Origin: Methylotenera sp.
Lineage (GTDB): Bacteria > Pseudomonadota > Gammaproteobacteria > Burkholderiales > Methylophilaceae
Assembly: GCA_041675545.1 (NCBI GenBank)
Contig: JBAYTS010000010.1
Coordinates: 1,606 to 65,605, forward strand
Reading direction: 5' to 3'
DNA: 64,000 nt
In this document: piece by piece, positions 8,156 through 17,435 of the stretch
Position numbering within the stretch: position 1 is the first letter of the stretch
Layout: every line of letters begins with the position of its first letter
The notes under the pieces: generated by a model
Database searches by the model: none
What the model saw: only the letters and a program-made list of their open reading frames with translations
Told to the model about the DNA's origin: nothing
Program-made: the position numbers and the translations under genes

Positions 8156-10027
8156 ATGCAAATCAACAAAATCAAATTGGCTCTTGGCTTAGTTGCTGGT
8201 ATGGCATTGCCATTAGTGGCATCAGCTGCAGCAGACCAAGAAGCAGCAATGAAAGACTCAAATAACTGGGCTCACCCACGTGGTCAGCACAACAACCAAG
8301 GTTACAGTGCTTTAGCACAAGTTAACAAAGGTAACGTTAAAAACCTTAAAGCAGCTTGGACATTCGCTACTGGTGTAAACCGTGGTCACGAAGGTTCACC
8401 TGTTGTTGTTGGTAACATGATGTATGTACATACAGCATTCCCAAACAACGTATATGCACTTGATTTAAACGATAACCAAAAAATCTCATGGTCTTATTTC
8501 CCAAAACAAGATCCATCAGTACAAGCTGTATTATGTTGCGATAACGTTTCACGTGGTTTAGGCTACGGCGACGGCAAAATCTACTTGCAACAAAATGATG
8601 GTAACTTGGTTGCTTTAGACGCTAAAACTGGTGCTAAAGTATGGTCAACATTAGTAAATGATCCAAAAGTTGGTGCTACAAATACTAATGCTCCACACGT
8701 AATTAAAGACAAAGTGCTTACAGGTTGTTCAGGTGCTGAGTTTGGTGTACGTTGCTTCTTAGCAGCTTACAACATCAAAGACGGTTCATTGGCATGGAAA
8801 GCTTACTCAACAGGTCCTGACGCTGAAGTGTTAATCGGCGCTGACTTCAACAAAGATACACCTGAATACAGTGCATTATCAGTTTACCAAGACGTAAACG
8901 GTGGCAATAAATTAGGTGGTTCTTTTGCTAAAGTCCCTAACGACCAATTGAAAATTGGCGAAAAAGATCTTGGTACACGTACATGGTTAAAACCACAAGC
9001 AGTTAAAGATGGTTGGCAACATGGTGGTGGTTCTACATGGGGCTGGTGGCCGTATGATGCACGTACAAACTTGGTTTACTACGGAACAGGTAACCCATCA
9101 GTTTGGAATCCAGATGTCCGTCCAGGCGATAACAAATGGTCTATGACTATTTTTGCTCGTGACTTAGATACTGGTATTGCAAAATGGGGCATGCAAATGA
9201 CTCCACATGATGAGTGGGATTACGATGGTATTAACGAAGTGATCTTGTTCGACAAAGGTGGTAAAACATACGCTTGGCATCATGACCGTAACGGCTTTGC
9301 ATACACATGGCATGCTGGTAACGGTAAATTGGTAGCTGCTGAAAAAGTTCACCCATTTGTTAACTGGGCAACTGGCGTTGATTTGAAAACAGGCGTGCCT
9401 AACAAATTAGCTTCAGCTTCAACTCACCAAGATTACAATGCTAAAGGCGTTTGTCCAGCTGCATTGGGTACTAAAGATCAACAACCAGCTGCGTACTCAC
9501 CAAAAACTGGTTTAGTTTATTCTCCATTGAACCACGTGTGTATGACATACGAGCCAGTTGAGTCTAAATATGTTGCTGGTCAACCTTGGGTTGGTGCTAC
9601 ATTGACTATGTTCCCAGGTCCTGATGGCGTAATGGGTGGCTTTGCTGCTTATGACCCAATGACCAACAAAAAAGTATGGTACAACAAAGAGAAATTCTCA
9701 GCATGGGGTGGTGCTTTAACTACTGCTACTGATTTAGTGTTCTACGGTACTTTAGATCGTTGGTTCAAGGCTGTTGATGCAAAATCAGGTAAAGAACTTT
9801 GGAAATTCCAAGTTGGTTCTGGCGTGATTGGTAATGCATTCACATACGGTAACAAAGGTAAACAATACGTTGGTGTGCTATCAGGTATCGGTGGCTGGGC
9901 TGGTGTTGCGATGAACCTTGGTATGACTAACCCAACAGACGCTTTAGGTGCTGCTGGTGGTTATGCTGAACTAGTAAAATACAACGCGGCTCCTGGCGGC
10001 GGTGCATTGAACGTATTTAGCCTATAA
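8156..10027 (+). CDS. xoxF: Lanthanide-dependent PQQ methanol dehydrogenase XoxF (probably clade XoxF4)
   Basis: Signal peptide, vicinal CCDNV disulfide, GAEFGVR and GTGNP ligands, and HDEWDYDG with the second Asp diagnostic of XoxF (MxaF has DYA); strongly biased codon usage; GGAG RBS. Confidence 0.95.
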   Translation: MQINKIKLALGLVAGMALPLVASAAADQEAAMKDSNNWAHPRGQHNNQGYSALAQVNKGNVKNLKAAWTFATGVNRGHEGSPVVVGNMMYVHTAFPNNVYALDLNDNQKISWSYFPKQDPSVQAVLCCDNVSRGLGYGDGKIYLQQNDGNLVALDAKTGAKVWSTLVNDPKVGATNTNAPHVIKDKVLTGCSGAEFGVRCFLAAYNIKDGSLAWKAYSTGPDAEVLIGADFNKDTPEYSALSVYQDVNGGNKLGGSFAKVPNDQLKIGEKDLGTRTWLKPQAVKDGWQHGGGSTWGWWPYDARTNLVYYGTGNPSVWNPDVRPGDNKWSMTIFARDLDTGIAKWGMQMTPHDEWDYDGINEVILFDKGGKTYAWHHDRNGFAYTWHAGNGKLVAAEKVHPFVNWATGVDLKTGVPNKLASASTHQDYNAKGVCPAALGTKDQQPAAYSPKTGLVYSPLNHVCMTYEPVESKYVAGQPWVGATLTMFPGPDGVMGGFAAYDPMTNKKVWYNKEKFSAWGGALTTATDLVFYGTLDRWFKAVDAKSGKELWKFQVGSGVIGNAFTYGNKGKQYVGVLSGIGGWAGVAMNLGMTNPTDALGAAGGYAELVKYNAAPGGGALNVFSL

Positions 10028-10087
10028 TTAACTGTTGTAAAACAATTTAATTATTAGCTGACTTGTTCAAGTTAGTTCAAATGTAGT

Positions 10088-10122
10088 AAAAAAACGCCCC
10101 GATTAGTCGGGGCGTTTTTTTT
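10088..10122 (+). terminator. Intrinsic (bidirectional) terminator after xoxF
   Basis: AAAAAAACGCCCCGA-TTAG-TCGGGGCGTTTTTTT. Confidence 0.9.
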
Positions 10123-10291
10123 AGGGGTTAGCGTAATTAGTTGTGATAAAGCCCCAGTTTAACGCTAACCTTAGCTGCAAAATTTAGTTACAATATAGGG
10201 CGATATCGTTAAGTTAAAAGAACTTTTAAAGTAAGGAATACTCTCAAGTTAGTTGGCAGAAATCCTGTCGTATTTAAATAAGGAAATAACA

Positions 10292-11233
10292 ATGTTGAAA
10301 CGTGTGAATAAAGTGTTAGGTTTAATTGCCATGATGGCAGTCTTGCCTAGCGTAAGTTATGCAGCAGACCTGGAAATTCCGACACTCAATGCAGATGAGG
10401 GGCGTATTGGTGAGGTTAGACGAGTAGTAGATGAATCTGAATTCAAAGTCTGTGCGGACCCTGACAACATGCCATACTCTAATTTAAAGCAAGAGGGTTT
10501 TGAAGATAAAATCGCCGAAGTTCTAGCTAAAGACTTGGGTAAAAAGCTCAGTTACACCTACGCATACAACCGACAAGGTTTTTATAGAAATACTATCAAT
10601 GCAATGCGCTGTGATGTCATTATGAGTACATCATCAGACAATGATGCCCTGCGCACCACCAAGCCTTACTATCGTTCTGGCCATGTATTTATCTACAAAA
10701 AAGATAGCGGCTATAACATCACTAATTGGGATAGCCCAGACCTTAAAAAAGCAATCATTGGTGTGGTGGGACAAAGCCCTGCAACCATCCCTATGGATGC
10801 ACATGGTTTGATTGCAAATGCCAGACCTTACCGTATGCAACGTGATTTAAATTTCCCGCCAAGCTTTCTAGTGGATGATTTAGTCAAAGGTGAAATTGAT
10901 GTCGCAGTGGTATGGGGTCCAATAGGTGGTTACTTTGCCAAGCAATCTAAAGTGCCGCTAGAAGTAGTAATGATTCCTGAGTATGAAAATGAAAATGTAA
11001 AGGGCAAAGAATTCTGGAATATATCAGTAGCGGTCCGCAAAAAAGACAAAGATCGCATGGCTATGATTGAAGGCGCGTTAGAAAGAAACAAAGACAAAAT
11101 CAATCAAATTCTAGATGACTATGGTATTCCACATGTCCCAGTAGTTGATGGTGATAGCGTGATGAAAGTTTATCGCAAGGGTGCGACTAAAGCTAAAGCT
11201 GAGCATAGTGACGCTAGCTCAAAATTAGAGTAA
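10292..11233 (+). CDS. xoxJ: XoxJ/MxaJ-like periplasmic substrate-binding protein (ATG 10292 preferred over TTG 10253)
   Basis: FKVCADPDNMPYSN...GFEDKIAEVLA, TTKPYYRSGHVF and VDDLVKGEIDVAVVWGPIGGYFA motifs; AAGGA RBS before 10292; follows xoxF. Confidence 0.9.
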   Translation: MLKRVNKVLGLIAMMAVLPSVSYAADLEIPTLNADEGRIGEVRRVVDESEFKVCADPDNMPYSNLKQEGFEDKIAEVLAKDLGKKLSYTYAYNRQGFYRNTINAMRCDVIMSTSSDNDALRTTKPYYRSGHVFIYKKDSGYNITNWDSPDLKKAIIGVVGQSPATIPMDAHGLIANARPYRMQRDLNFPPSFLVDDLVKGEIDVAVVWGPIGGYFAKQSKVPLEVVMIPEYENENVKGKEFWNISVAVRKKDKDRMAMIEGALERNKDKINQILDDYGIPHVPVVDGDSVMKVYRKGATKAKAEHSDASSKLE

Positions 11234-11363
11234 GATAACGCCGTTAATTTGAGTGCAATCGTCAACCAAATAAATAATATATACGTTAAGTAGCTACGAG
11301 TTCAGTAATGCGCCAGCATGAGAGGAACGTAGCTCATTTTTGTGATAAAGATTAGGAGATAGC

Positions 11364-11867
11364 ATGTTAGGCAATAAAACATTAAAGTCAGCATTGTTTG
11401 TGAGTTTGTTTGCGTTGGCGGGTTTGGTTTCTGTAAATGCAACTGCGGCAGACATTGTACTGGTTGCAACTCAGGACGGTTCACCGCTAAACATTAAGCC
11501 AGAGTCATTTGATACCCCAGTGGCTAAAGAATTTTTGGCTACAGGAAAAAATAAATACGTTGGTAATGAAGACGCAATTAAAGCAGGTAAAAAGAAATAT
11601 AACTTATACTCTTGCAATGCCTGTCACGGTGGCCACGGCGAAGGTGCTATTGCTCCAGGCTTAACTGGTTCTACTATGAAGTATGCTAAAAACCTAACCA
11701 ACAAAGGTATGTTCGAAACGATTTGGCATGGTACAAATGGCGGTATGGGTGCTAAAGGTTTAGGTTTAATGGTGCCAGAAGATCCAGCTGAAGGTTTGAA
11801 AGCAGATGACGTATTAAAAGTAATTGCTTGGATTCGCAGTAATTCTAAGATTACAGGTAATGAGTAA
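11364..11867 (+). CDS. xoxG: Cytochrome c(L)-like XoxG, soluble periplasmic copy
   Basis: Sec signal ending ATA-A, single CNACH heme motif, NKGMFETIWHGTNGGMG; AGGAG RBS. Confidence 0.88.
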   Translation: MLGNKTLKSALFVSLFALAGLVSVNATAADIVLVATQDGSPLNIKPESFDTPVAKEFLATGKNKYVGNEDAIKAGKKKYNLYSCNACHGGHGEGAIAPGLTGSTMKYAKNLTNKGMFETIWHGTNGGMGAKGLGLMVPEDPAEGLKADDVLKVIAWIRSNSKITGNE

Positions 11868-11903
11868 TTATTTGATCAAGTAATTAGACTGCTGAGACTT
11901 AGT

Positions 11904-11934
11904 AAAAAACGGCCATTTATGTGGCCGTTTTTTT
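11904..11934 (+). terminator. Intrinsic terminator between the two xoxG copies
   Basis: AAAAAACGGCCA-TTTATG-TGGCCGTTTTTTT. Confidence 0.85.
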
Positions 11935-11989
11935 ATTATTTTGTTGTAAAATGTTAATCAGTTACATTTTATTACAATGAATGGAATAA

Positions 11990-12526
11990 TTGATTATGAA
12001 TAAATATTTACTTTTAGCTGCTCTGTTGGCAACATTAGGTGCATGTGGTAAATCTGGTTCTGATGCATCGTCTAATGGCTCTGCGCTAGAAGCCTCTGCA
12101 GTTAAAGCGATAGATTTTGTAACAACGCAAGATGGCGCACCATTAAAAATTGATGTGGCTTTATTTGATACACCTAATGCTAAAGAATTTTTAGCGACAG
12201 GTAAAAATCCGTATATTGGTAATGAGGAAGCGATTGCCAAAGGTAAAAAAGTATTCCAAATGTATTCATGCGTTGCTTGTCATGGTGGACATGCTGAAGG
12301 TGCAGTAGCGCCTGGGTTGATTGGGCCTAACTTTAAGTACGCTAAAAATGCGACTAATAAAGGCATGTTTGAAACGATTTGGCATGGCACTAACGGTGGT
12401 ATGGGTGCTAAAGGAATTGGTTTGATGGATCCAACCGATCCTAAAAATGGCATTACACCAGATGAAACATTGAAAATCATTGCCTGGATTCGCAGTCAGG
12501 GTACAGGAATTACTGGTAACGAGTAG
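11990..12526 (+). CDS. xoxG: Second XoxG paralog with a lipoprotein signal peptide
   Basis: CVACH heme motif, long identical blocks with the upstream copy, N-terminus KYLLLAALLATLGA-C followed by a Ser/Gly-rich linker. Confidence 0.85.
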   Translation: MIMNKYLLLAALLATLGACGKSGSDASSNGSALEASAVKAIDFVTTQDGAPLKIDVALFDTPNAKEFLATGKNPYIGNEEAIAKGKKVFQMYSCVACHGGHAEGAVAPGLIGPNFKYAKNATNKGMFETIWHGTNGGMGAKGIGLMDPTDPKNGITPDETLKIIAWIRSQGTGITGNE

Positions 12527-12548
12527 TTGTATAAGCCTATAAAAATAG

Positions 12549-12584
12549 CGCGCTTACTGTGCATGCAGTAAGCGCGTTTTTATT
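12549..12584 (+). terminator. Intrinsic terminator after the second xoxG
   Basis: CGCGCTTACTG-TGCATG-CAGTAAGCGCG-TTTTT. Confidence 0.85.
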
Positions 12585-12715
12585 TGAAGGATTGCAATCT
12601 CAAAACTTTAATGTGCATGGTCTTGCTAGCAATAGTGAAGCATAGTTTTTAGACTCATTTTTTGAGCCATTATTGATTTATAATCACAACCAAGATTGCA
12701 GTTAAATTAGAATAA

Positions 12716-14062
12716 GTGAGGGCTTTTGTGAGTATCAATGAACAGCATGATTTGCACCACGTCGTTATTGTTGGTGGCGGCGCTGGCGGACTTGAGTTGG
12801 CAACTAAGCTTGGTGACTCTTTAGGTCGGCAGGGTAAGGCCATCATTACGCTTATTGATAAATCTAAAACCCATGTATGGAAGCCGCTACTGCATGAAAT
12901 TGCAGCGGGGAGCATGAACCCGGAAAAGCATGAGTTAGTCTATTTGGCTCAAGCGCACTGGCATCATTTCAAGTTTCGTTTAGGTAGCATGGATAGCCTT
13001 GATCGTGCCAAACGTGAAATATCTATTGCACCTAATTATGATGAAGATGGGGTGGAGGTGATACCACGCCGTACTTTTAAATACGACACATTAATTATTG
13101 CGGTTGGTAGTACAACTAATGATTTTGGTGTAAAGGGTGCGCAAGAGTACTCGATTGCACTCGATACGCAAGATCAGGCCGAGAAGTTTCATCGACGGTT
13201 GCACAATGCTTTATTGCGTGCGCAAACGCAAGTGGCTCCCGTGCAAGCGGGTCAGTTAGAGGTGGTTATAGTGGGTGCAGGTGCAACGGGGGTTGAGTTA
13301 GCTGCTGAGTTACACAATACTACACGCGAATTAGCCGCTTATGGGTTAGATAAAATTGACCCAGACCGAGATATACAAATTTCATTGATAGAGGCAAGTG
13401 ACCGTGTGCTACCTGCACTACCGCCTAAACTCTCTAATTCTGTTGATCTGGAACTAAGGAAGTTACGTGTACACCTTTATACTGGTGAGCGCGTGACAGA
13501 AGTCACTAGCAAGGGTGTACAAACGCACAGTGGGCGCTTTATTCCATCTGCATTAGTCGTTTGGGCTGCCGGTATTAAAGCGCCAGACTTTCTACATGAA
13601 ATAGCTGGACTGGAAACTAATCGTATCAATCAGCTTGTGGTTAATCGTAATTTACAGACGACATTAGATGAAAATATATTTGCATTTGGAGATTGTGCCG
13701 CATGTCTCTGGATAGGCCATGGTGGTGAAAACGTGCCGCCTCGCGCGCAAGCGGCACATCAACAAGCATCAATGTTACTGAAAACAGTAAAGTGTCGGGT
13801 GGCTGGCAAAAATAACTTGCCAGAATTTACCTATCGCGATTATGGGTCTTTAGTAAACTTGGGTAGCTATACCACCGTGGGGAATTTAATGGGTGCGCTT
13901 TCTGGCGGTAGCTTGGTAGTAGAAGGGCTGATTGCACGCACGATGTATCAATCGTTATATAAGCTACATTTGATGGCGTTACATGGATTTTGGAGCATGA
14001 CGTTATTCACGCTGTCTCGCATTATTTCAAGACGCACTGAGGCTCAGGTAAAGTTACATTGA
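12716..14062 (+). CDS. ndh: Type II NADH dehydrogenase (FAD-dependent); the true start may be GTG 12728
   Basis: VVIVGGGAGG and VVIVGAGATGVELAAEL Rossmann motifs, VWAAGI, FAFGDCA, PPRAQAAHQQ. Confidence 0.85.
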   Translation: MRAFVSINEQHDLHHVVIVGGGAGGLELATKLGDSLGRQGKAIITLIDKSKTHVWKPLLHEIAAGSMNPEKHELVYLAQAHWHHFKFRLGSMDSLDRAKREISIAPNYDEDGVEVIPRRTFKYDTLIIAVGSTTNDFGVKGAQEYSIALDTQDQAEKFHRRLHNALLRAQTQVAPVQAGQLEVVIVGAGATGVELAAELHNTTRELAAYGLDKIDPDRDIQISLIEASDRVLPALPPKLSNSVDLELRKLRVHLYTGERVTEVTSKGVQTHSGRFIPSALVVWAAGIKAPDFLHEIAGLETNRINQLVVNRNLQTTLDENIFAFGDCAACLWIGHGGENVPPRAQAAHQQASMLLKTVKCRVAGKNNLPEFTYRDYGSLVNLGSYTTVGNLMGALSGGSLVVEGLIARTMYQSLYKLHLMALHGFWSMTLFTLSRIISRRTEAQVKLH

Positions 14063-14107
14063 TAGCTTTCTTACTATAGGTGAATCGCAGGTAACTTGGG
14101 CGATGTT

Positions 14108-15277
14108 TTATTTGTTCATATAACGGTAGCGTCTATGGATAATCGTCATGCATAAGCTAACAAAAAGCCCAAACGTAATGACAATCGTATTATTTGGGAT
14201 TTCAGCCTTCACCATGAGCAGATAAGCACCAAGTAGCAACAGTATTCCAATATGCTCGTTGAAGTTCTGTACCGCTATGGAATGCCCCGCTCCCACTAAC
14301 TCGTGCCCTCTGTGCTGTAACAACGCATTTAATGGCACCACAAAGAACCCGGCAAGTGCGCCGATAATAAATAGCAGTGTTGCGGCCACTTGCCAATGCT
14401 GAACAAACGCCATTACTACTACAAGTAAGCCCATGACGATGCCTGCTGGCAACACTTTGGTACATTGTTCCAACTTGATATAACGTGCGGCGACAACTGA
14501 GCCAACTGCAATGCCAACGGCCAGTAGCGCCATAAGTTGCGTGGCCTGCTCAAGGCCAAAGTTAAGTGCACTGGCAGCCCAGGCAATAACAACTAGGCGT
14601 AAGGTGGCGCCAGCTCCCCAAAACAGAGTGGTCACTGCGAGTGAAACTTGCCCGCGTGTATCCATCCATAAGGCTTTAAATGAATGCCAAAAATCGATTA
14701 GCATAAATACCGGATTTTTCTTGGGGAGCTTATGATCAATCGGTAATTTTGGAATATAGATGTTAAATATAGCCGCGACCATATACAGGGCGGTGATCAA
14801 TATCATTGCCAAGTAAGGGTCGTGGCTCGCTAATATTCCACCTATAATTGCCCCTAAAATAATGGCGATTACAGTGGAGCCTTCCATCCAGCCGTTGGCG
14901 CTAACAAGTTTTTCTGGGGGTAATAGTTCAGTTAAAATGCCATATTTTGCAGGGGAGTAGGCTGCAGCACCAATGCCTACGATACCGTACGCATATAAAG
15001 GTGGCATGCCTAAAACCATAGCAAGGCTACCTGTAAATTTAATAGCGTTGGCAATAAACATTACGCGCCCCTTAGGCAGGGCATCTGCGAATGACCCTAC
15101 AAAAGGGGCAAGCAAAATATAGGCAATAACAAAAAACTGTTGCAGTAAAGGGGTATGCCAGTCAGGAGAGTTCATTTGTGCAAGTAGTGCAATGGCGGCA
15201 AATAATAATGCATTGTCGGCTAGCGCAGACGTGAATTGCGCTAGTAGCAATGTGTAAAATCCCTTACACATTCTCAT
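14108..15277 (-). CDS. lplT: Lysophospholipid transporter LplT (MFS)
   Basis: AQFTSALADNALL, ADALPKGRVMF.ANAIK, YSPAKYGILTE, GHSIAVQNFNE. Confidence 0.9.
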   Translation of the reverse strand: MRMCKGFYTLLLAQFTSALADNALLFAAIALLAQMNSPDWHTPLLQQFFVIAYILLAPFVGSFADALPKGRVMFIANAIKFTGSLAMVLGMPPLYAYGIVGIGAAAYSPAKYGILTELLPPEKLVSANGWMEGSTVIAIILGAIIGGILASHDPYLAMILITALYMVAAIFNIYIPKLPIDHKLPKKNPVFMLIDFWHSFKALWMDTRGQVSLAVTTLFWGAGATLRLVVIAWAASALNFGLEQATQLMALLAVGIAVGSVVAARYIKLEQCTKVLPAGIVMGLLVVVMAFVQHWQVAATLLFIIGALAGFFVVPLNALLQHRGHELVGAGHSIAVQNFNEHIGILLLLGAYLLMVKAEIPNNTIVITFGLFVSLCMTIIHRRYRYMNK

Positions 15278-15368
15278 TGGATAAACGCTTTGTGATTACA
15301 TGGTTTCTTTGCATTGCGCAGTATTGTACCTCTAGTGCGTTGCCTTGAATGATGCTATTTAATCTCAT

Positions 15369-16769
15369 CTATAAGGCTTCTGCAGCAAAATCTGCAAGGC
15401 GTGAACGCTCACCACGTTGCAAGGTGATGTGTCCGTTATGATTCCAGCCTTTAAAGCGATCAACCACGTAAGTTAGTCCGGAACTGCCCTCAGTTAAATA
15501 GGGCGTATCTATTTGCGCGATATTACCTAAACACACGACTTTGGTGCCAGGGCCTGCGCGAGTAATGAGTGTTTTCATCTGTTTCGGGGTTAAATTTTGC
15601 GCTTCATCAATAATTAAAAATTTATTTAAAAAAGTGCGACCGCGCATAAAGTTAAGTGATTTTATTTTAATGCGGGTGCGAATTAAATCTTGCGTTGCGG
15701 CACGCCCCCAGTCGCCTGCGTCATCATCACTTTTATTCAGTACATCCAGGTTATCTTCAAGCGCACCCATCCATGGCGTCATTTTTTCTTCTTCAGTGCC
15801 AGGTAAAAAGCCAATATCTTCGCCTACTGGCACTGTAACGCGCGTCATAATAATTTCAGTGTAGATTTTTTTATCAAGCACTTGAGTCAGCGCAGCCGCG
15901 AGCGTGAGCAATGTTTTACCAGTACCGGCTTGTCCTAATAAACTCACAAAGTCTATTTCTGGGTCCAATAATAAATTGAGGGCAAAGTTCTGCTCACGGT
16001 TACGTGCTGTAATGCCCCACACATTATGTTTGGGCAGTAGGTGATCTTTCACCACTTCAAGCACTGCGGTATCGCCATCGATATTACGTACAATTGCATG
16101 AAAAGGTTTTTCAAACTCGTAATAAACAAACTCATTGATGAGAAAAGTTTTACATAAAGGCCCTGTGAGCCGGTAAAACATGCGGCCAGATTCTTGCCAG
16201 GATTCCATTGCCTTACTGTGCTGATCCCAAAAGTCAGCTGGCAGTTCTGTCATGCCGCTGTATAAAATATCGGTATCTTCTAAAACTTTATCGTTAAAGT
16301 AGTCTTCTGCCAGCACGCCCATGGCGCGGGCTTTAATGCGCACATTGATGTCTTTGCTCACTAACACCACTTGGCGGTCGGTGTGTTGCTTTTGTAAGCA
16401 AATGACCACGCTAATAATTTGGTTGTCGGCCTTACTGCCTGCTAACCCTGGTAGTTCTATATTAAGTTCTTTGGTTTGTAAAAATAAGCGACCCGTTGCT
16501 TGCTTGTTGCCGTTAAGTGATAAAGGGCTACCAAGCTCTAAATTGGTTAAATCAGTGCCGACGATTTCTTCTAAACTACGGCTGACTTGGCGTGCATTGC
16601 GCGCAACTTCAGTGAGGCCTTTTTTATTGTTATCAAGCTCCTCCAATGTGACCATGGGCAGGTAAATGTCATGTTCTTCAAAGCGGAACAGTGAAGAAGG
16701 GTCATGCATTAACACATTGGTATCAAGGACAAACAGTTTGGCGCCGCCGATGGTTTTTTTGCTAGCCAT
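15369..16769 (-). CDS. PhoH2-type protein (N-terminal PIN domain plus PhoH ATPase)
   Basis: PIN motifs FVLDTNVLMHDP and LVSKDINVRIKA; Walker A GQAGTGKT, FMRGRT, IIDEAQNLT. Confidence 0.9.
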   Translation of the reverse strand: MASKKTIGGAKLFVLDTNVLMHDPSSLFRFEEHDIYLPMVTLEELDNNKKGLTEVARNARQVSRSLEEIVGTDLTNLELGSPLSLNGNKQATGRLFLQTKELNIELPGLAGSKADNQIISVVICLQKQHTDRQVVLVSKDINVRIKARAMGVLAEDYFNDKVLEDTDILYSGMTELPADFWDQHSKAMESWQESGRMFYRLTGPLCKTFLINEFVYYEFEKPFHAIVRNIDGDTAVLEVVKDHLLPKHNVWGITARNREQNFALNLLLDPEIDFVSLLGQAGTGKTLLTLAAALTQVLDKKIYTEIIMTRVTVPVGEDIGFLPGTEEEKMTPWMGALEDNLDVLNKSDDDAGDWGRAATQDLIRTRIKIKSLNFMRGRTFLNKFLIIDEAQNLTPKQMKTLITRAGPGTKVVCLGNIAQIDTPYLTEGSSGLTYVVDRFKGWNHNGHITLQRGERSRLADFAAEAL

Positions 16770-16836
16770 ACATTACTTTCTATGAAGGTGATTAAACAAA
16801 ATTAAAGCATTTGAATTAAGACGTTTTTAGTCGGAC

Positions 16837-17292
16837 TTAAAGGGTTTGAATAAAGTTTAAAACTTCTGCGGCGTGACCATCAACTTTAACGCCACGCCAT
16901 TCTTTTACTAGCGTTCCATTTTTATCAATAACAAAAGTGCTACGTTCAATACCGCGCACTTGTTTGCCGTACATATTTTTCATTTTAATCACATTAAATA
17001 GCGAGCAGGCAAGCTCTTCAGTATCGGCTAGCAATTCAAATGGAAAGGTGAATTTAGCCTTAAAGTTTTCATGTGACTTTAAACTGTCACGCGACACACC
17101 AAAAATTTCTGTGTTGTGTTGCTGAAATTGCGGATAGGCATCTCTGAACTGGATACCTTGCGTGGTGCAGCCTGGCGTTGAGTCTTTAGGATAAAAATAA
17201 ATGACGACCGTTTTGCCCAAATAATTTGAAAGCTGAAAAGTGTTGCCGCCGGTTGCCGGTAACTGAAAGTCTGGTGCAGGTTGGTTTAGCAT
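16837..17292 (-). CDS. bcp: Peroxiredoxin Bcp/PrxQ
   Basis: YFYPKDSTPGCT and IERSTFVID; single peroxidatic Cys motif. Confidence 0.9.
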   Translation of the reverse strand: MLNQPAPDFQLPATGGNTFQLSNYLGKTVVIYFYPKDSTPGCTTQGIQFRDAYPQFQQHNTEIFGVSRDSLKSHENFKAKFTFPFELLADTEELACSLFNVIKMKNMYGKQVRGIERSTFVIDKNGTLVKEWRGVKVDGHAAEVLNFIQTL

Positions 17293-17435
17293 TACGGTAT
17301 CAATCTTCTATGTTTAGAGCCTAAGCATCATTGTTGATAAAAAGCCTTATTAAGGCAAGCGGATATTTCATGAAAACGACATTTTTTTCGATGAAAAACG
17401 GCGGTTAGCGCTACTTCTCAAATTGCGGGTGATTA

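Noticed and set aside
8156-10027. Calcium-dependent MxaF
   Set aside because: The sequence has DYD rather than DYA, and no mxaI or mxaRSACKL genes follow.
7977-10196. Shared TAGTTACAAT motif upstream of xoxF (reverse) and xoxJ (forward) as a regulon box
   Set aside because: It contains TACAAT and is more simply explained as -10 elements (of pip and xoxJ); the same 10-mer also occurs in the unrelated hairpin at 41446.
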